Source of the DNA: Caecitellus pseudoparvulus | Lineage: Eukaryota; Protista; Bigyra: Bicosoecida | Reading direction: 5' to 3' | Length of the DNA: 64,000 bases | Assembly: GCA_965644315.1 (NCBI GenBank) | Contig: CBFFRQ010000089.1 | Coordinates: 682,001 to 746,000, forward strand | Shown here: in pieces, positions 46,092-56,579 of the stretch | Position numbering within the stretch: the first letter of the stretch is position 1 | Layout of the letters: every line of letters begins with the position of its first letter | Notes under the pieces: model-generated | Told to the model about the DNA's origin: nothing | Seen by the model: only the letters and a program-made list of their open reading frames with translations | Database searches by the model: none | Program-made: the position numbers and the translations under genes

Positions 46092-48827
46092 ATGCCTCGC
46101 AGCCGGCAAGGTGCCGGCAACCCGTTGCGAGGCGTCACTGCGCTGCTCTTGCAGCGCGACGACGGTGACGCAGTCGGCGCTCTGCAGGCGACTCTGGGCG
46201 GCCTCGGCGCCAAAGTCAAGCAAAAGCCCGCCAAGCCGGGCGTGCTGCCCCGCGGCACGACGCACATCGTCGCAGGCGCAGGCACTGCTGTGCCGCCTTC
46301 CTTGCACGCCGCAGCGGCCGAAGCTGGCGCCCACGTCGTCTCTGCAGACTGGGTCGTTGCCTGTCATGCTGCAGGGGGGCATGTCGCGGCAGGCGGCTTC
46401 GCGCTGAAGCCAGGCACTGGCCCGAGCGAGGCCCGAGCAGAAGCGGCGCACCTGCGCGAAGTCCCCGCTAACGTGTCCACCTCCAAACGCCGCAGCGCCA
46501 AAGGCCAGGCCCCCAGTCCAAACAGCTCCATGCTGGCTGCAGCAGTGCAGGCACTGCCTGATGCCAGCAGCGCCGCATTCCACAGCAGCCAGCGCACGCC
46601 ACCCAAGGCAGGAGGACCGCGCAAGCGCAAGGCCCGAGCGCAACGCCAACGAAACGCCGCAGCAAGTGTTGCAACAATTCTTGAGGCGCCAACACCTGAA
46701 AGGAGCAGCCCTGCAGGGGCCTCTGCAGCTGCATGCTCCTCTGCAGAAACTACCTCTGCACAGCATGCACTCGGGGCAGTCTCAGATGACGCGCCGCTGC
46801 ACGTGCTCGTGTCCAGTTGCGGAGACGACATTCGGCAAGCAGCTGAAGGCCTGGTGGCCTCTGCCGCAGTCGCAGGCCTGCCGGTGCTGCCGCCCACAGC
46901 GCCAGGCGCGCCCATATCGGACATGCACTCCTCCCGTGTCACCCACATCGTCGTGGGCAACCCCCGCAAACGCACGCTGAAAGTGCTGCGAGCTCTGGCC
47001 TGCCGGGCGTGGGTGCTGAAGCCTTCCTGGGTCACGGCCAGTGCGTACCCAGGGGGCTTCCCCTTCCCTGACCAGGTGCAGCAGGACAGCAGTCGGCCCA
47101 GTGCTGAGCGTGCTGGACTGCCGTGGGCGCCTGAGTCGCGGCACACTTGGTCCCGCACCGCCATGCCCGGCGCCCACCCCGCCAGCGACAAGGGCATGTT
47201 CCACGGCCTGCACTTCATTGTCGGGGGGCTGGACCCCTACGCGCAGCCAAAGCCTGACCTCTCCCTGCCTGCTCTCGCCGAGGTGCTGGGCTGGTGTGGC
47301 GCGGCGTCTGTCACGGCGGTTGAGGAGGTGGGCACGTGTGCCCCGCCGCCGCCCGTAGCCCAGGCGCCCTACACCGTCGTGTTGCTGGGAGCACAGCACG
47401 CCTCCAGCAGCCCCGCCGTGCAGAGCCTGCGCAACCACCTGCAACAGGCCTGGTGCAGTGCCCAGGGCGGGGATGAGCACCATCTGCCCATCGTACGGGT
47501 GGAGTGGGTCATCGCATCCCTGTTCGCTGGCGCCCAGCTGCCCCAGCATCGCTACTTCATACCGCGCCTGCACCCTCTTGCCCTGCCTGCCCAGCCAAGC
47601 GCAGTGCCTCGTCTGGGGGGCGCCAAGCGTGCCCGGGCCCCCCGCGAACTGCCGTCACCAGGCCCCTCCCAAGGCAGCAACTCCCAGGCGCAGCCCAAGC
47701 GAATGCGTGGGGAGGGGCAGGTGCACGAGGCGGCTCTCTCCGTCACCTCCTCCTCCCGCCACTCCATGGAGCCCCACGCCGCGGAGGTGTCCACAGACCG
47801 CCACAGCGCCAGTGTCGCGTCCAGTGCCGGGGGGGACCTCACGCCGCCCGTGCGGGACCCGATCCTGCAGGAGCTACAGGCAGAGGTGGCCAAGGCCGTG
47901 GCGGAGTCACAGGAGGTGGCCGCCTCGCAGCCACTCCTGGAGGCAGCGGAACCAGCCCCGCCCGCACCCCGAGGCACAAAGCGCAGGGCGCCGGCAGCAG
48001 CGGAGCCGCCGCCGGCCAAAGCGCCACGGGCAGTCTCACCGGCGCCGGCAGCGGCTGAGCTGCACACAGCCCTGCCAGACGTGTGTGCACACGAGTCTTT
48101 GTCGCCCATCTCGACTGAAGGCCCGGGGGATGCTGGTAACACAGCAGAACCACCTCGCCTGCCAGCCGCAGCTGGCCAAGCCGGTGCCGTGACTGGCACC
48201 CTTCCTCCGGCTCCCGTTCCAAGCAGCCCCCTGGGCGCTGGTTCCCGTGCTCAGCACGAGGCACACTCAGCACTGGAGGGAGGGGCGGAAGACTGGCATG
48301 TGCCGGAGCCCGTGGCGCCGACGTCTCAGGGGGGCGGCACGCTGTGCCTCTCTGACGATATCGAGGACTCGGCTGGGGACATGATGAAGGCCCTGGCGCA
48401 GCCGCCGCGGCACCCGCGCCCGAAACACACCGCACCGCCGCTGGTGCTGGCCAAGGCGAGGCAGGGACAAGGCGCTGCTGGCGCCGGGGGCAGTGTGGGC
48501 ACGTTTTCCTGCGACACGCAGGCTCGTGTGCCAGGCACGACCCAGCAGCCCGCGCAGGGGAGTGGGGGTGGCTCGGGCTCCTCCGGCTCCCACAAGGCGT
48601 CGGCGGGCGCGACGAGCTCGTCACCCACCCCGCAGTGGGCTTCTCCCATCAAGGTGGTTCCCAGCCAAAGTCAGACACAGGGCATTGACGAGCCACCCCT
48701 GACCCTGTCCGGCTCCGAAGCAGTCCACCACCCCCCGCCGCCCCTGGAGGGGATGCAAGGGGCAGCGCCCGAGTCTGAAGCTCCAGCCTTGGGGGTGGGG
48801 GCCTCGCAGGGCAGCCAGGAGTGGTGA
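46092..48827 (+). CDS. Triple-BRCT protein with microcephalin-like architecture
   Basis: There is an N-terminal BRCT (TTHIV...HVVSADWVVAC) and a tandem pair (VTHIVVGNPRKRTLKVLRALACRAWVLKPSWV; MFHGLHF...LAEVLGWCG...IVRVEWVIAS) resembling the MCPH1 C-terminal BRCTs. The disordered tail is rich in SQ/TQ sites. Confidence 0.75.
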   Translation: MPRSRQGAGNPLRGVTALLLQRDDGDAVGALQATLGGLGAKVKQKPAKPGVLPRGTTHIVAGAGTAVPPSLHAAAAEAGAHVVSADWVVACHAAGGHVAAGGFALKPGTGPSEARAEAAHLREVPANVSTSKRRSAKGQAPSPNSSMLAAAVQALPDASSAAFHSSQRTPPKAGGPRKRKARAQRQRNAAASVATILEAPTPERSSPAGASAAACSSAETTSAQHALGAVSDDAPLHVLVSSCGDDIRQAAEGLVASAAVAGLPVLPPTAPGAPISDMHSSRVTHIVVGNPRKRTLKVLRALACRAWVLKPSWVTASAYPGGFPFPDQVQQDSSRPSAERAGLPWAPESRHTWSRTAMPGAHPASDKGMFHGLHFIVGGLDPYAQPKPDLSLPALAEVLGWCGAASVTAVEEVGTCAPPPPVAQAPYTVVLLGAQHASSSPAVQSLRNHLQQAWCSAQGGDEHHLPIVRVEWVIASLFAGAQLPQHRYFIPRLHPLALPAQPSAVPRLGGAKRARAPRELPSPGPSQGSNSQAQPKRMRGEGQVHEAALSVTSSSRHSMEPHAAEVSTDRHSASVASSAGGDLTPPVRDPILQELQAEVAKAVAESQEVAASQPLLEAAEPAPPAPRGTKRRAPAAAEPPPAKAPRAVSPAPAAAELHTALPDVCAHESLSPISTEGPGDAGNTAEPPRLPAAAGQAGAVTGTLPPAPVPSSPLGAGSRAQHEAHSALEGGAEDWHVPEPVAPTSQGGGTLCLSDDIEDSAGDMMKALAQPPRHPRPKHTAPPLVLAKARQGQGAAGAGGSVGTFSCDTQARVPGTTQQPAQGSGGGSGSSGSHKASAGATSSSPTPQWASPIKVVPSQSQTQGIDEPPLTLSGSEAVHHPPPPLEGMQGAAPESEAPALGVGASQGSQEW

Positions 48828-48838
48828 ACAGAGTGCTG

Positions 48839-48850
48839 GCAATGCATTGC
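48839..48850. promoter_or_regulatory. Palindromic GCAATGCATTGC, a candidate bidirectional 3'-end signal between convergent genes
   Basis: A perfect 12 bp palindrome lies in the 24 bp gap between the stops at 48827 (+) and 48852 (-). It presents CAATGCAT on both strands, the same motif seen after many other stops. Confidence 0.45.
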
Positions 48851-48851
48851 G

Positions 48852-49028
48852 TCACGTGTAGCTGACGGACACCGACACGATGGTGATGGGCGTCAGGGGC
48901 CGCTCGCGCCTGTCAGTCTTGCTGCGCTCAATGGCCTGCACGACGTCCATGCCCTTGGTCACGCGGCCAAAGACGGTGTGTTTGCCGTCCAGCCACGGCG
49001 TGGGCACGGTGGTGATGAAGAACTGGGA

Positions 49029-49065
<37 letters not shown>

Positions 49066-51038
49066 GTGAAGGGCCGGTCGTGCTTGAGGTGGGGTCGGAT
49101 CTCGTCCTCAAACTCCCCGCCCCACATGCTCTCACCCCCCGTCCCGTCGCCTTTGGGGTCCCCTGTCTGCACCATGAAGTCCTTGATGACGCGGTGGAAC
49201 AGCACGCCATTGTAGTACCCACGCTTGGCGAGGCCTGTGAAGTTCTCGACAGTCTTGGGCACATCGTCCCTGAGCAAGCGGAGGGAGATGTCGCCCAGGC
49301 TCGTGTGCAGCACGGCTCGCTTGGCGCGGTCCGCCTGCCTCGAGCTGGCAGCCGTGCCCGCCTTGCCTGCAGCTGACGCGGCGGCTTCGTTCGCGACGTC
49401 TCGCGCCGCCGCCGCCGCATCCAGAACATCCTCCCCCACCTCGCCCTCGCCGTCATCGGGCTCCCGCCGCGTGAACAGGTACACCCGCGGGCGCCCCATG
49501 GCACAGGCAAAGAGGGTGGGGTCGGGCAAGCCCTTGGCTGCTGCGGCCCCGCCTGCCACCGTGCCGGACTTCAGCCGCACGTGCTGGGAGTCCACCTTGG
49601 GCACGCCTTGATACAGCGCAATGCCCAGGAAACGCTCCGACACCTCATACTTCCCCAGCAGCACGGCAGTGTTGTTGGTGTTCAAGTTCACCACCTTGAT
49701 GCCCAGCAGGCTGGGCCACATGAGGAAGTGCCCCGTCTCGTCGAACACGGCGTTTGAAGGCGGCACATACACAGGGTGCGGCAGCTCGCTCCAGAAGGCC
49801 GCCGGGCGAGGGGTGCTGCCAGCGGGCTGAGGCGGCACGGCAGTCCAGCTCTGCAGCGCCGCCTCCGCTGCTGCCGCAACCTCCCTGCTCAACGCCTTGC
49901 GCTTGCCGTACTCAGCCGGGTCCACGTCCAGCTTCCCCTGCCGCAGAGCATCCTCATAGCCGCCCTCCCCGTCGTCGTAGGCGCGCAAGACCTTCCCAGA
50001 GCGGCACGAGATGACCCGCACGATGGAGTCTGACGCCATGACTGCAAACTTGGACCCGTCCTGTGCGACAGAGATGGCGGTGGGCACCGTGCGGCTCTTG
50101 GCCAAGTCGAACAGCGCCGTGTCCATCTTGAACTTGAAGGACACGGCGGGCGGCGCCAGGGCACGGTGGGTGTCGGGCGACCACATCTCCAGGACGCCCG
50201 ACTTGTCGCCTGAAATGACCGCGTTGAGGGCTTCGTTGTACGCCAGTGCCGTGACTGGGGCGTTGTGGAAGCACAGGGTGGCAGCGGGGGCCTCATCCCC
50301 CCCCTCGGCCGCGAATAGGCGCACCTTGCCGTCCTGCCGTGACCCCACCGCCAGCAGGGACTTCACCAAGCCCGTTCCGCGTGGGTATGCCCACGTGACT
50401 GCAGAGGGGATGAAGTCCACAGTGATCATGCGCACCATGTCGAAGGTCTGCACGTCGTAAAACTTCAGCGCCTGGTCCACGCCCGCCGTCACAGCGCGCA
50501 GGCCGTCACAGCTGACTGCCATGGCGGTGATGGGGCCCATGTGCGCCTTGTAGTGCTTCACGAACTCCACGTCCTTCGCCATCTTGCGCCAGAACTTCAC
50601 GTGGCCATCGGCACTGCCGGTCAGAACATAGTCGGTGGCTCGCGCAACAGCGACGTGGGTCACTGTGTCGCGGTGCATGTAGCTCTTCTCGTACAGCTCC
50701 CCCGTGGGAAGTAGATCAAGGTATGCTGCCGCGTGTGCCAGGGCCTTGCGCGCACGCTTTGGCTTGGATGCTGTGCCACCCTGCCCTGCGCCAGCACCCA
50801 GCTTGGGCATGGCTGGGCCAAAGTCGTCATCCGAGCTGTCCTCATCCGAGCTATCCTCTGCCTCTGCAGCCGGGGGCTTGGCGTCTGGGGCTAATTGGTC
50901 CTCTTCTTCCCTGGCGCGCTTTGTCCCGCCCACTGTCACTGTGTCCGCCTGTTTCAGGGTAGCAAGGCAGGCTGGCGTGCGGAAGTTGACCGGGGGGCGC
51001 CAGCCATTTGTTTCGCAGCTTGATGCAGCCCTCACCAT
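48852..51038 (-). CDS. PPWD1: WD40 plus cyclophilin protein PPWD1/CYP71
   Basis: WD40 part: [22 protein letters not shown]. Cyclophilin domain: [67 protein letters not shown] probable ATG-only first exon is followed by an 87 nt intron at 50949-51035. Confidence 0.96.
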
Positions 51039-51483
51039 GGAAATAGGCCAGAACTGCACCTGCCTGAATCACAATCCAAGCTAGTCTCCTGTCTACGGCC
51101 CTTACTCAAGGGCAACGTCCTCCCACCGTCGCCGGCGCTCTGGATCTGGCTGAGCTCGCTGGCGCTGGCGCTTGCCGCCTAGGTCCAAACTTGGGAAGGC
51201 CACACAAGCCTGGCGTCGAGAAAAGAAGCGCACGAGAGGTGGGCATTGAATGCTGCTATTGAGATACTCGGCGCTTGTGACTCGATAGATGAATTTTGCG
51301 GAAGTGAAATGGAAAAAACGAAAGCAATCGAGGGCACACACCTCCCAGAAGTTTGACGACCAATCTACCATGCTCTGATACAAACGCATCAAAATTGCAA
51401 GTTCACGAAATCGACTACAAATGAATCTGCATTACTTCCGACAACACACAGATTTGCCAAAAGGCAGCAGCAAGCTGCAGGGC

Positions 51484-53773
51484 TCACCGAAACCTCCGTG
51501 ACACAGCCACCACTGCCTGCGATTGGCCCCTTCGTTGAGGCAGCTGCGTCCGGGCGGGCGCGAGGCCGCCTGCCAAGCGCTGTGTGCGGGGCGCCAGGGA
51601 CCCTGACATGAGGATGGGGGTGACAGGCATGGGGATCGGCTCCCTTGGGGGCTTGCGAGCGCGTGGTTTGAGTGGCTGGGGCTGGTGCACTGGGGGCAGC
51701 TCGATGGGCGTGGGCGGACCAGATTGCACGTTGCGGGAGGGAGCTGATGCCGGCTTGATGCGCAGGGTCTGCGCCTGCCCAGGCGCTGCCACGGTGCTCC
51801 GTGGCCGTACTGGGGGAGGGCCGGCCTCGGCAGCCGCGCCTGGTACTGGTGCCAGTGTTCCGCGGCTGAGTCGAAGGGGTGGCGTGGGCCTGTGGCTGTG
51901 AGGAGCGGAGGGCGGCACCTTAGATGCGACGACTTGCGACCTGTAGTCGGGCTGTGCACCCAGCCCGCGCCAGACTGCCGCCAGCGCCCCGCTAGCAGAC
52001 TTGTACTCGGAGCTGGGCCACCGCGACCACGGATGGGCATTCAAGGTCTCCAGCAAGCCCCACAGACATGCCCGACCCACACACTCCCACGACTCAGGCG
52101 TGTACCGTAACGCCTCCACAAGCCCTGACTTTCTACTAGACCGCGATGAGGCGGGGGCGGACCCAGGCGGCGGGCTGGTGCGCCCACCATCACCTTGTGG
52201 AGCTGGCAGGGTGCGGGCGACACGGCTCATGTTGTAGTTGCACTCCAGGGTGTACGAGTGCACGACGCCCGTCGCGCGGTACACCCCCACCCGCCCAGAG
52301 CCATCCTTGCTGGCCCCCGCGTCTCGCTTGTCCGTGGCGGTCATGTTCTTGGCAGAGAAGTTACAGCCACCAAGGTCAATGGCTGCGCTGTGCAAGGCCA
52401 CAGCTCGCACGTAGGCGATGTTGTGCAGTTGGTCTGCAGCTGCAGCGGCGTGCACACCGTAGAAGAAGCAGCCACGCTTGGAGGCGTGTGCGTGCAGATC
52501 GAGGTACATGAACAAGCGTCTGCCAGCCGCCACGGCGACAGCCTTGGCGCCTGCGATGCTGGGCTCAGTGGCTGCGTCAGGAGATGTGTACAGCCGGTTC
52601 AGGTTCAGCCCTCGTGCGTCGGAGCGGTAGTACCCCTCTGCAACACCGTCTGGGTGCAGCATGGGCACGATCTTGAACACGAACATGCGCCGCAGCCGCC
52701 GTGAGCGAGGGTCGTCCTGGCGCGTTAGCACATCCAAGATGCCGTTCATGGCATGGCTAGCTGGCGTCTCCCCCGGGTGCACACGGGCCGAGATGAACAC
52801 AACTGGGCGGGTTGACGGGCACAAAGGGCGCCGCCACGTGCAGCCCTTTGTGCCCCCACCCGCAGCCGCCTCAGACGACACGGGCCGGTGGCCCGGCTCG
52901 TCAGCTTGCAGGTGTGTCCAGGATGGCTGGAGGAGGGGCTGGGCAAGCGGACCCCGCCCCTCGCTTGCGTACAGTGAAGGTTGTTGCAGGCTAGGTGAAC
53001 AAGGGACACCCAGCAGGGGCAGCAGGCAGGTGGACGGCGTCAGTGGCGGCTCACGTGTCTCTTGGGATTCTCCCAGCAGGCCATCCCAACTGGTGATGGT
53101 GAGCAGCTCCACACGGCGCCCGTGGGCGGACCTGGCAAGCAGCTCCCGTGCGAAGTACACGTCAGAGGGCGGTGGGTCAGAACCAGCCCCTGCCACTGCA
53201 TCTGGCGGGCCACGGGCGTCATTTCCGTGCTGGCGCTCCAGTGTGTCCAGGAGCAAGCAGCAGTCCGCGTAGGCCCAAGGGTAGAAGTGCGCGAAGGCGA
53301 CGTGGGAGCCAGGGCCAGGCCATCGAAAGTCCCACGAAACTACGCCCATGCCGTTGGAGGGTGTGTAGCGCACTGCACTGGGCATGCGCCGCCACTGCGA
53401 CGCGCCACGGCCGCCACATAGAACGCGGTACACGGGGCGGTGCCCGTGCTTGTACAGGCCGGTTTGTTTGTTGCAGTTGGTCACTGTAAATGTGAGGGGC
53501 GTGCCTCGCGCAGCATCGCCCTCCACAGAGAAGCAGAACCAGGACCTGTAGCTGGTTTCAACGCCTTCTCCTGCTGCATCTGCCGTGACACTGATGTCGA
53601 ACGCGTGTTCTCTGGTCTGCATTCGCGAAGGGAGGTGTGTGTGACGTGGACAGGACTGGGCTGTGGTGCTGTCAAAAACCGCAGGCGGACGTGGCACGCA
53701 CCTGCTTGACAGCAGCTGCGTTGCCAGAGTCGAAGTCAGAACGGAATAGAAACCCTCCACATGTTTCCCTCAT
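51484..53773 (-). CDS. AGBL5: Cytosolic carboxypeptidase 5 (M14D tubulin deglutamylase)
   Basis: Exon 1 at 53773-53702 (MRETCGGFLFRSDFDSGN), intron at 53617-53701. Motifs: WFCFSV, SARVHPGETPASH, FKIVPML.PDGV, NLNR, DLHAHASKRGCF.YG, K.GSGRV, SYTLECNYN. Confidence 0.92.
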
Positions 53774-54229
53774 ACTGACGGCAATCAGCCGCCTACAGCC
53801 GTCTTTTGCCGCTCACAAATGGTCGCCAGGCTTGCAACGGATGGCAAACTCAAGCCGGCCGGCACGGTTCATCAGCGCCCTACAGCACGGGCGCTGGCTT
53901 CGTGGCCTCACTATGTCGCCAACTTCAAGGTAGCCACAGGAATTTGATGTATGGTTGCTGTTGTGCTCCTGCTTGTGTGTGAAGGGCCCTCTTTCAGCCG
54001 CCTGCGTCCAAGGTCCAAGCAGCGCTTGCGCAACCAGCTCCGCAGAGGGGCACAGTGTCGCTGCCACGCAGAGCACACAACCAACCAGGGAGCCTTGGGG
54101 TGCCTTGGAAGCTACCTCCTCACCTTCTTTGCTGGGATGCCGGACACTCCATCTTATGGGGGACGGTATCCCCCCTTGTGTGGACCCCATCCACAGGCTA
54201 TCCCCCACTCCGCTCTGCCTGGCAAGCAC

Positions 54230-54690
54230 ATGAAGCCGCAGCAGCAGCCCAAGCGGCACCAGGCGCTGGAGTCGCGACTGAGTGTGGGGGAGGCAGGCCC
54301 GTCAGAGGTGTTCGCTTCCACGTTACAGGCTGCTGAACGATCTCGGAACGTGGCCCTCCTGGCGCTGGGTGTTTCGATCGCGCCGCCTTCCCAGATGCTC
54401 AGCCTGGCGGGCCAGGCACTGAAGTAGCAGCAGCACGTGGGGGTGCTGCTGCCTGGCGGCCACTTTGACGTCTTTCGAGGCATCGCGCCTGCGCCAGCTG
54501 GTGGACAAGCCTGCCGTGACGTCCGCTGGCAAGTTGCGCCTGGGCGGCACCAATGCCCTCGCCGTGGCCTTCATGCCAGACGGCAGCTGCCTGGAGGCGG
54601 GGAACTACAAGGGCACTGTGGAGGTGTGGGGCGCCCTGGTGCACAAGCTGGACACCCGCCTCTCGTACCAGATGGCAGGAGAGGGCGACA
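54230..54690 (+). pseudogene. SMU1: Degenerate SMU1 fragment (second copy)
   Basis: Reads MKPQQQPKRHQALES...MLSLAGQALK*QQHVGVLLPGGHFDVFRG with the same TAG at 54425-54427. A frameshift near 54485 precedes AFMPDGSCL...GTVEVW...LSYQ. Confidence 0.85.
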
Positions 54691-54919
54691 CGCCTGCCAA
54701 CTGCTTCCACTGGGTCACTGCAAGCCACTGGATGGTTGGCAGCCTTGGCTGCCCCACGCAAATGCCACTTCCACTCACATACCGAACGCAAGCCTCATTC
54801 CACACTCGCAGTAGGGTTCCCTGCAGACTCGTCAGCACCGCCTGTCCGGCCCAGGCTCTGTGCCAGCCTCGCGTTTCGCGTGCTGCTGCGGAATTTGGGC
54901 TGGAAACGCAGCCTCTGCA

Positions 54920-56296
54920 ATGGCCGCCGAGTGCGCGGACGAGGGCGAGTCACACCCCTTCCTCCAGGAGTACATGGATCCTTCGACTTCCCTCGAAGAT
55001 ATTCTCCTGGAAGGCGTTCAGGCGCCCGTGCACGTCCCTTGCAGCTGGCGAGATCAGTTGGAGAGCATTCTGGGCGAAATCCGATCCAAGGAGCTGCCGG
55101 GTCGTGTGCTTCACGACATTCTGTATGTGCTTCCTGAAGCAGTGTGTGTGCTTGACGCACCACTGCACTCTTCAAACACGGGGAGCGCGTCAGTCATTCT
55201 CCCCGAGCAGGGAGCAGCAGCTGCGCTGCAAGCCAAGCTTCTGGGTGTAGCCGCTGACGCCACAGGGTATCTCCTCGTCCCGCACTGCCACCCAGCGGTG
55301 ACGCATGTGCAGCTGGCCTTGGCCTGTTGCCTAGTACTTGTGCAGCTGGCAAACGAGATCAAGAGCTTGGCTAATCCTTACAGGCCTGGGTGCCCTACGC
55401 GGCGCGCACCGCTCGAGGACATGCAGAGGGTCGTGCTGGACCTACTGAACAAAGTCATGTCACGAAGTAGCGAGTGTCTGTCCGACGAGTGCCCTGACAG
55501 CATGTGGGGTGGAGTTCAGCTGGGGGAGGACCACGCGAAAGCCATCCTTGATTGGGTTGTAGGTCTGCCCATCGTCTGCGAAGTGCCACTACCACAGCCT
55601 ACTTGGAGGCAAGGCGACCTGGAGTGTGTTGCCGATGATGTGATGCAACGCTCGGACCAGTACGAGGTGCTGTGCTTCCGGCGCCTGATGGACGCAGCAT
55701 GCGGGGAGGTGAAGCGTATTCACCTTCCAGATTTGCTTGCTTTGCGGGCGGCCCTTCGATTGCCACGCCTGCCATTGAACTGGGTGCTCCAGCACCCGAG
55801 CAAGTACAAGATCCGGCCATCAAGAGCGCTGCTGCACGTGCTGTGGGAACAGTCTGACAATTTTCGCGTGTGCGTCTCATCCCATCAGATCAGCTTGCGC
55901 AGGGACCTTCCTCGGAGCACTGCTTTGGACCCCGGGACTATGTTCGTGCACCTGATTCGTCAACATGGGGTTGAAGATGTGCTGAAGTGGACGCCATTTT
56001 CCATGAAGACGCTCATGCCGGGCTCTACCCCGCTGCACCTGGTGCCACCTGCACATGAGAGGGAGAGGTACTTGCACAAGAGAGCAGATCTGGGGGGCGC
56101 AGACAACCATGAATCTAGTGCACCTAAATATCCGGATGTGTGGGCCCGCCTCATGGCCGTTCGCTCGCGTTGTGCCCTTGTCTTGGTGGATCTCCATTGG
56201 CAAGTGGAAAGTATGCATGAGAATCAGAACAGTGACCCCGCTCCTATGGGGAGTTCCGAGACCGTGCTGTGCGATGGCGGTTGCAAAAGTCAATGA
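54920..56296 (+). CDS. Orphan intronless protein (458 aa), paralog B, C-terminal CKSQ (CaaX-like)
   Basis: Alignable over its full length to 2997-4385. Shared blocks include LLVPHCHPAVTHVQLALACC, ECLSDECPDS.WGG, DHAKAILDWVVGLPIVC, PRLPLNWV, RPSR.LLHVLW and ADLGG. Confidence 0.7.
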   Translation: MAAECADEGESHPFLQEYMDPSTSLEDILLEGVQAPVHVPCSWRDQLESILGEIRSKELPGRVLHDILYVLPEAVCVLDAPLHSSNTGSASVILPEQGAAAALQAKLLGVAADATGYLLVPHCHPAVTHVQLALACCLVLVQLANEIKSLANPYRPGCPTRRAPLEDMQRVVLDLLNKVMSRSSECLSDECPDSMWGGVQLGEDHAKAILDWVVGLPIVCEVPLPQPTWRQGDLECVADDVMQRSDQYEVLCFRRLMDAACGEVKRIHLPDLLALRAALRLPRLPLNWVLQHPSKYKIRPSRALLHVLWEQSDNFRVCVSSHQISLRRDLPRSTALDPGTMFVHLIRQHGVEDVLKWTPFSMKTLMPGSTPLHLVPPAHERERYLHKRADLGGADNHESSAPKYPDVWARLMAVRSRCALVLVDLHWQVESMHENQNSDPAPMGSSETVLCDGGCKSQ

Positions 56297-56579
56297 TGGC
56301 GGCGAGGGTGCATCAGTGCAAACGTGCGCGATTGAAAGGCCAGGCTGTGTCAGCGCAGCTCTTCTTCTTGCCGGAGTTTGAAGGCCAGTTCACCCATGTG
56401 TCGAGCGGAGCCGAATTTATTTGGAAACTCAAGCAGCCAACAAATTCCGTTCTCTTCACGCAAGTCAGCACACCCCTCCCTCCATGCATTAGCTGACGTT
56501 GGACACTGCACGCCACCACAGGCTGGGTTTCCCTCCCGCGTAATCCGCGCTGGGCACAAGTTCCGCACGAAGGCACAGC

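Larger units (their letters stand above)
54080..56350 (+). repeat. Copy 2 of dispersed ~2.3 kb duplicated cassette
   Basis: Collinear, same-orientation similarity to ~2150-4440. Boundaries are approximate. Confidence 0.95.

Noticed and set aside
51102-51480. Lower-GC intergenic tract with a 96 aa ORF and an AATTTTG Sm-like site
   Set aside because: No snRNA or snoRNA hallmark was recognised and the ORF has atypical codon usage. It is best read as the PPWD1 promoter plus the CCP5 3' region.
53873-53896. 8 bp GC hairpin upstream of cassette copy 2, and a hairpin at ~5085-5107, as Helitron termini
   Set aside because: They are not shared between copies, lack a correctly spaced CTRR|T end, and are frequent by chance at high GC.
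54010-54065. Minus-strand LCPSAELVAQAL resembling DEAD-box motif Ia
   Set aside because: The match is too short and no other helicase motifs are nearby.
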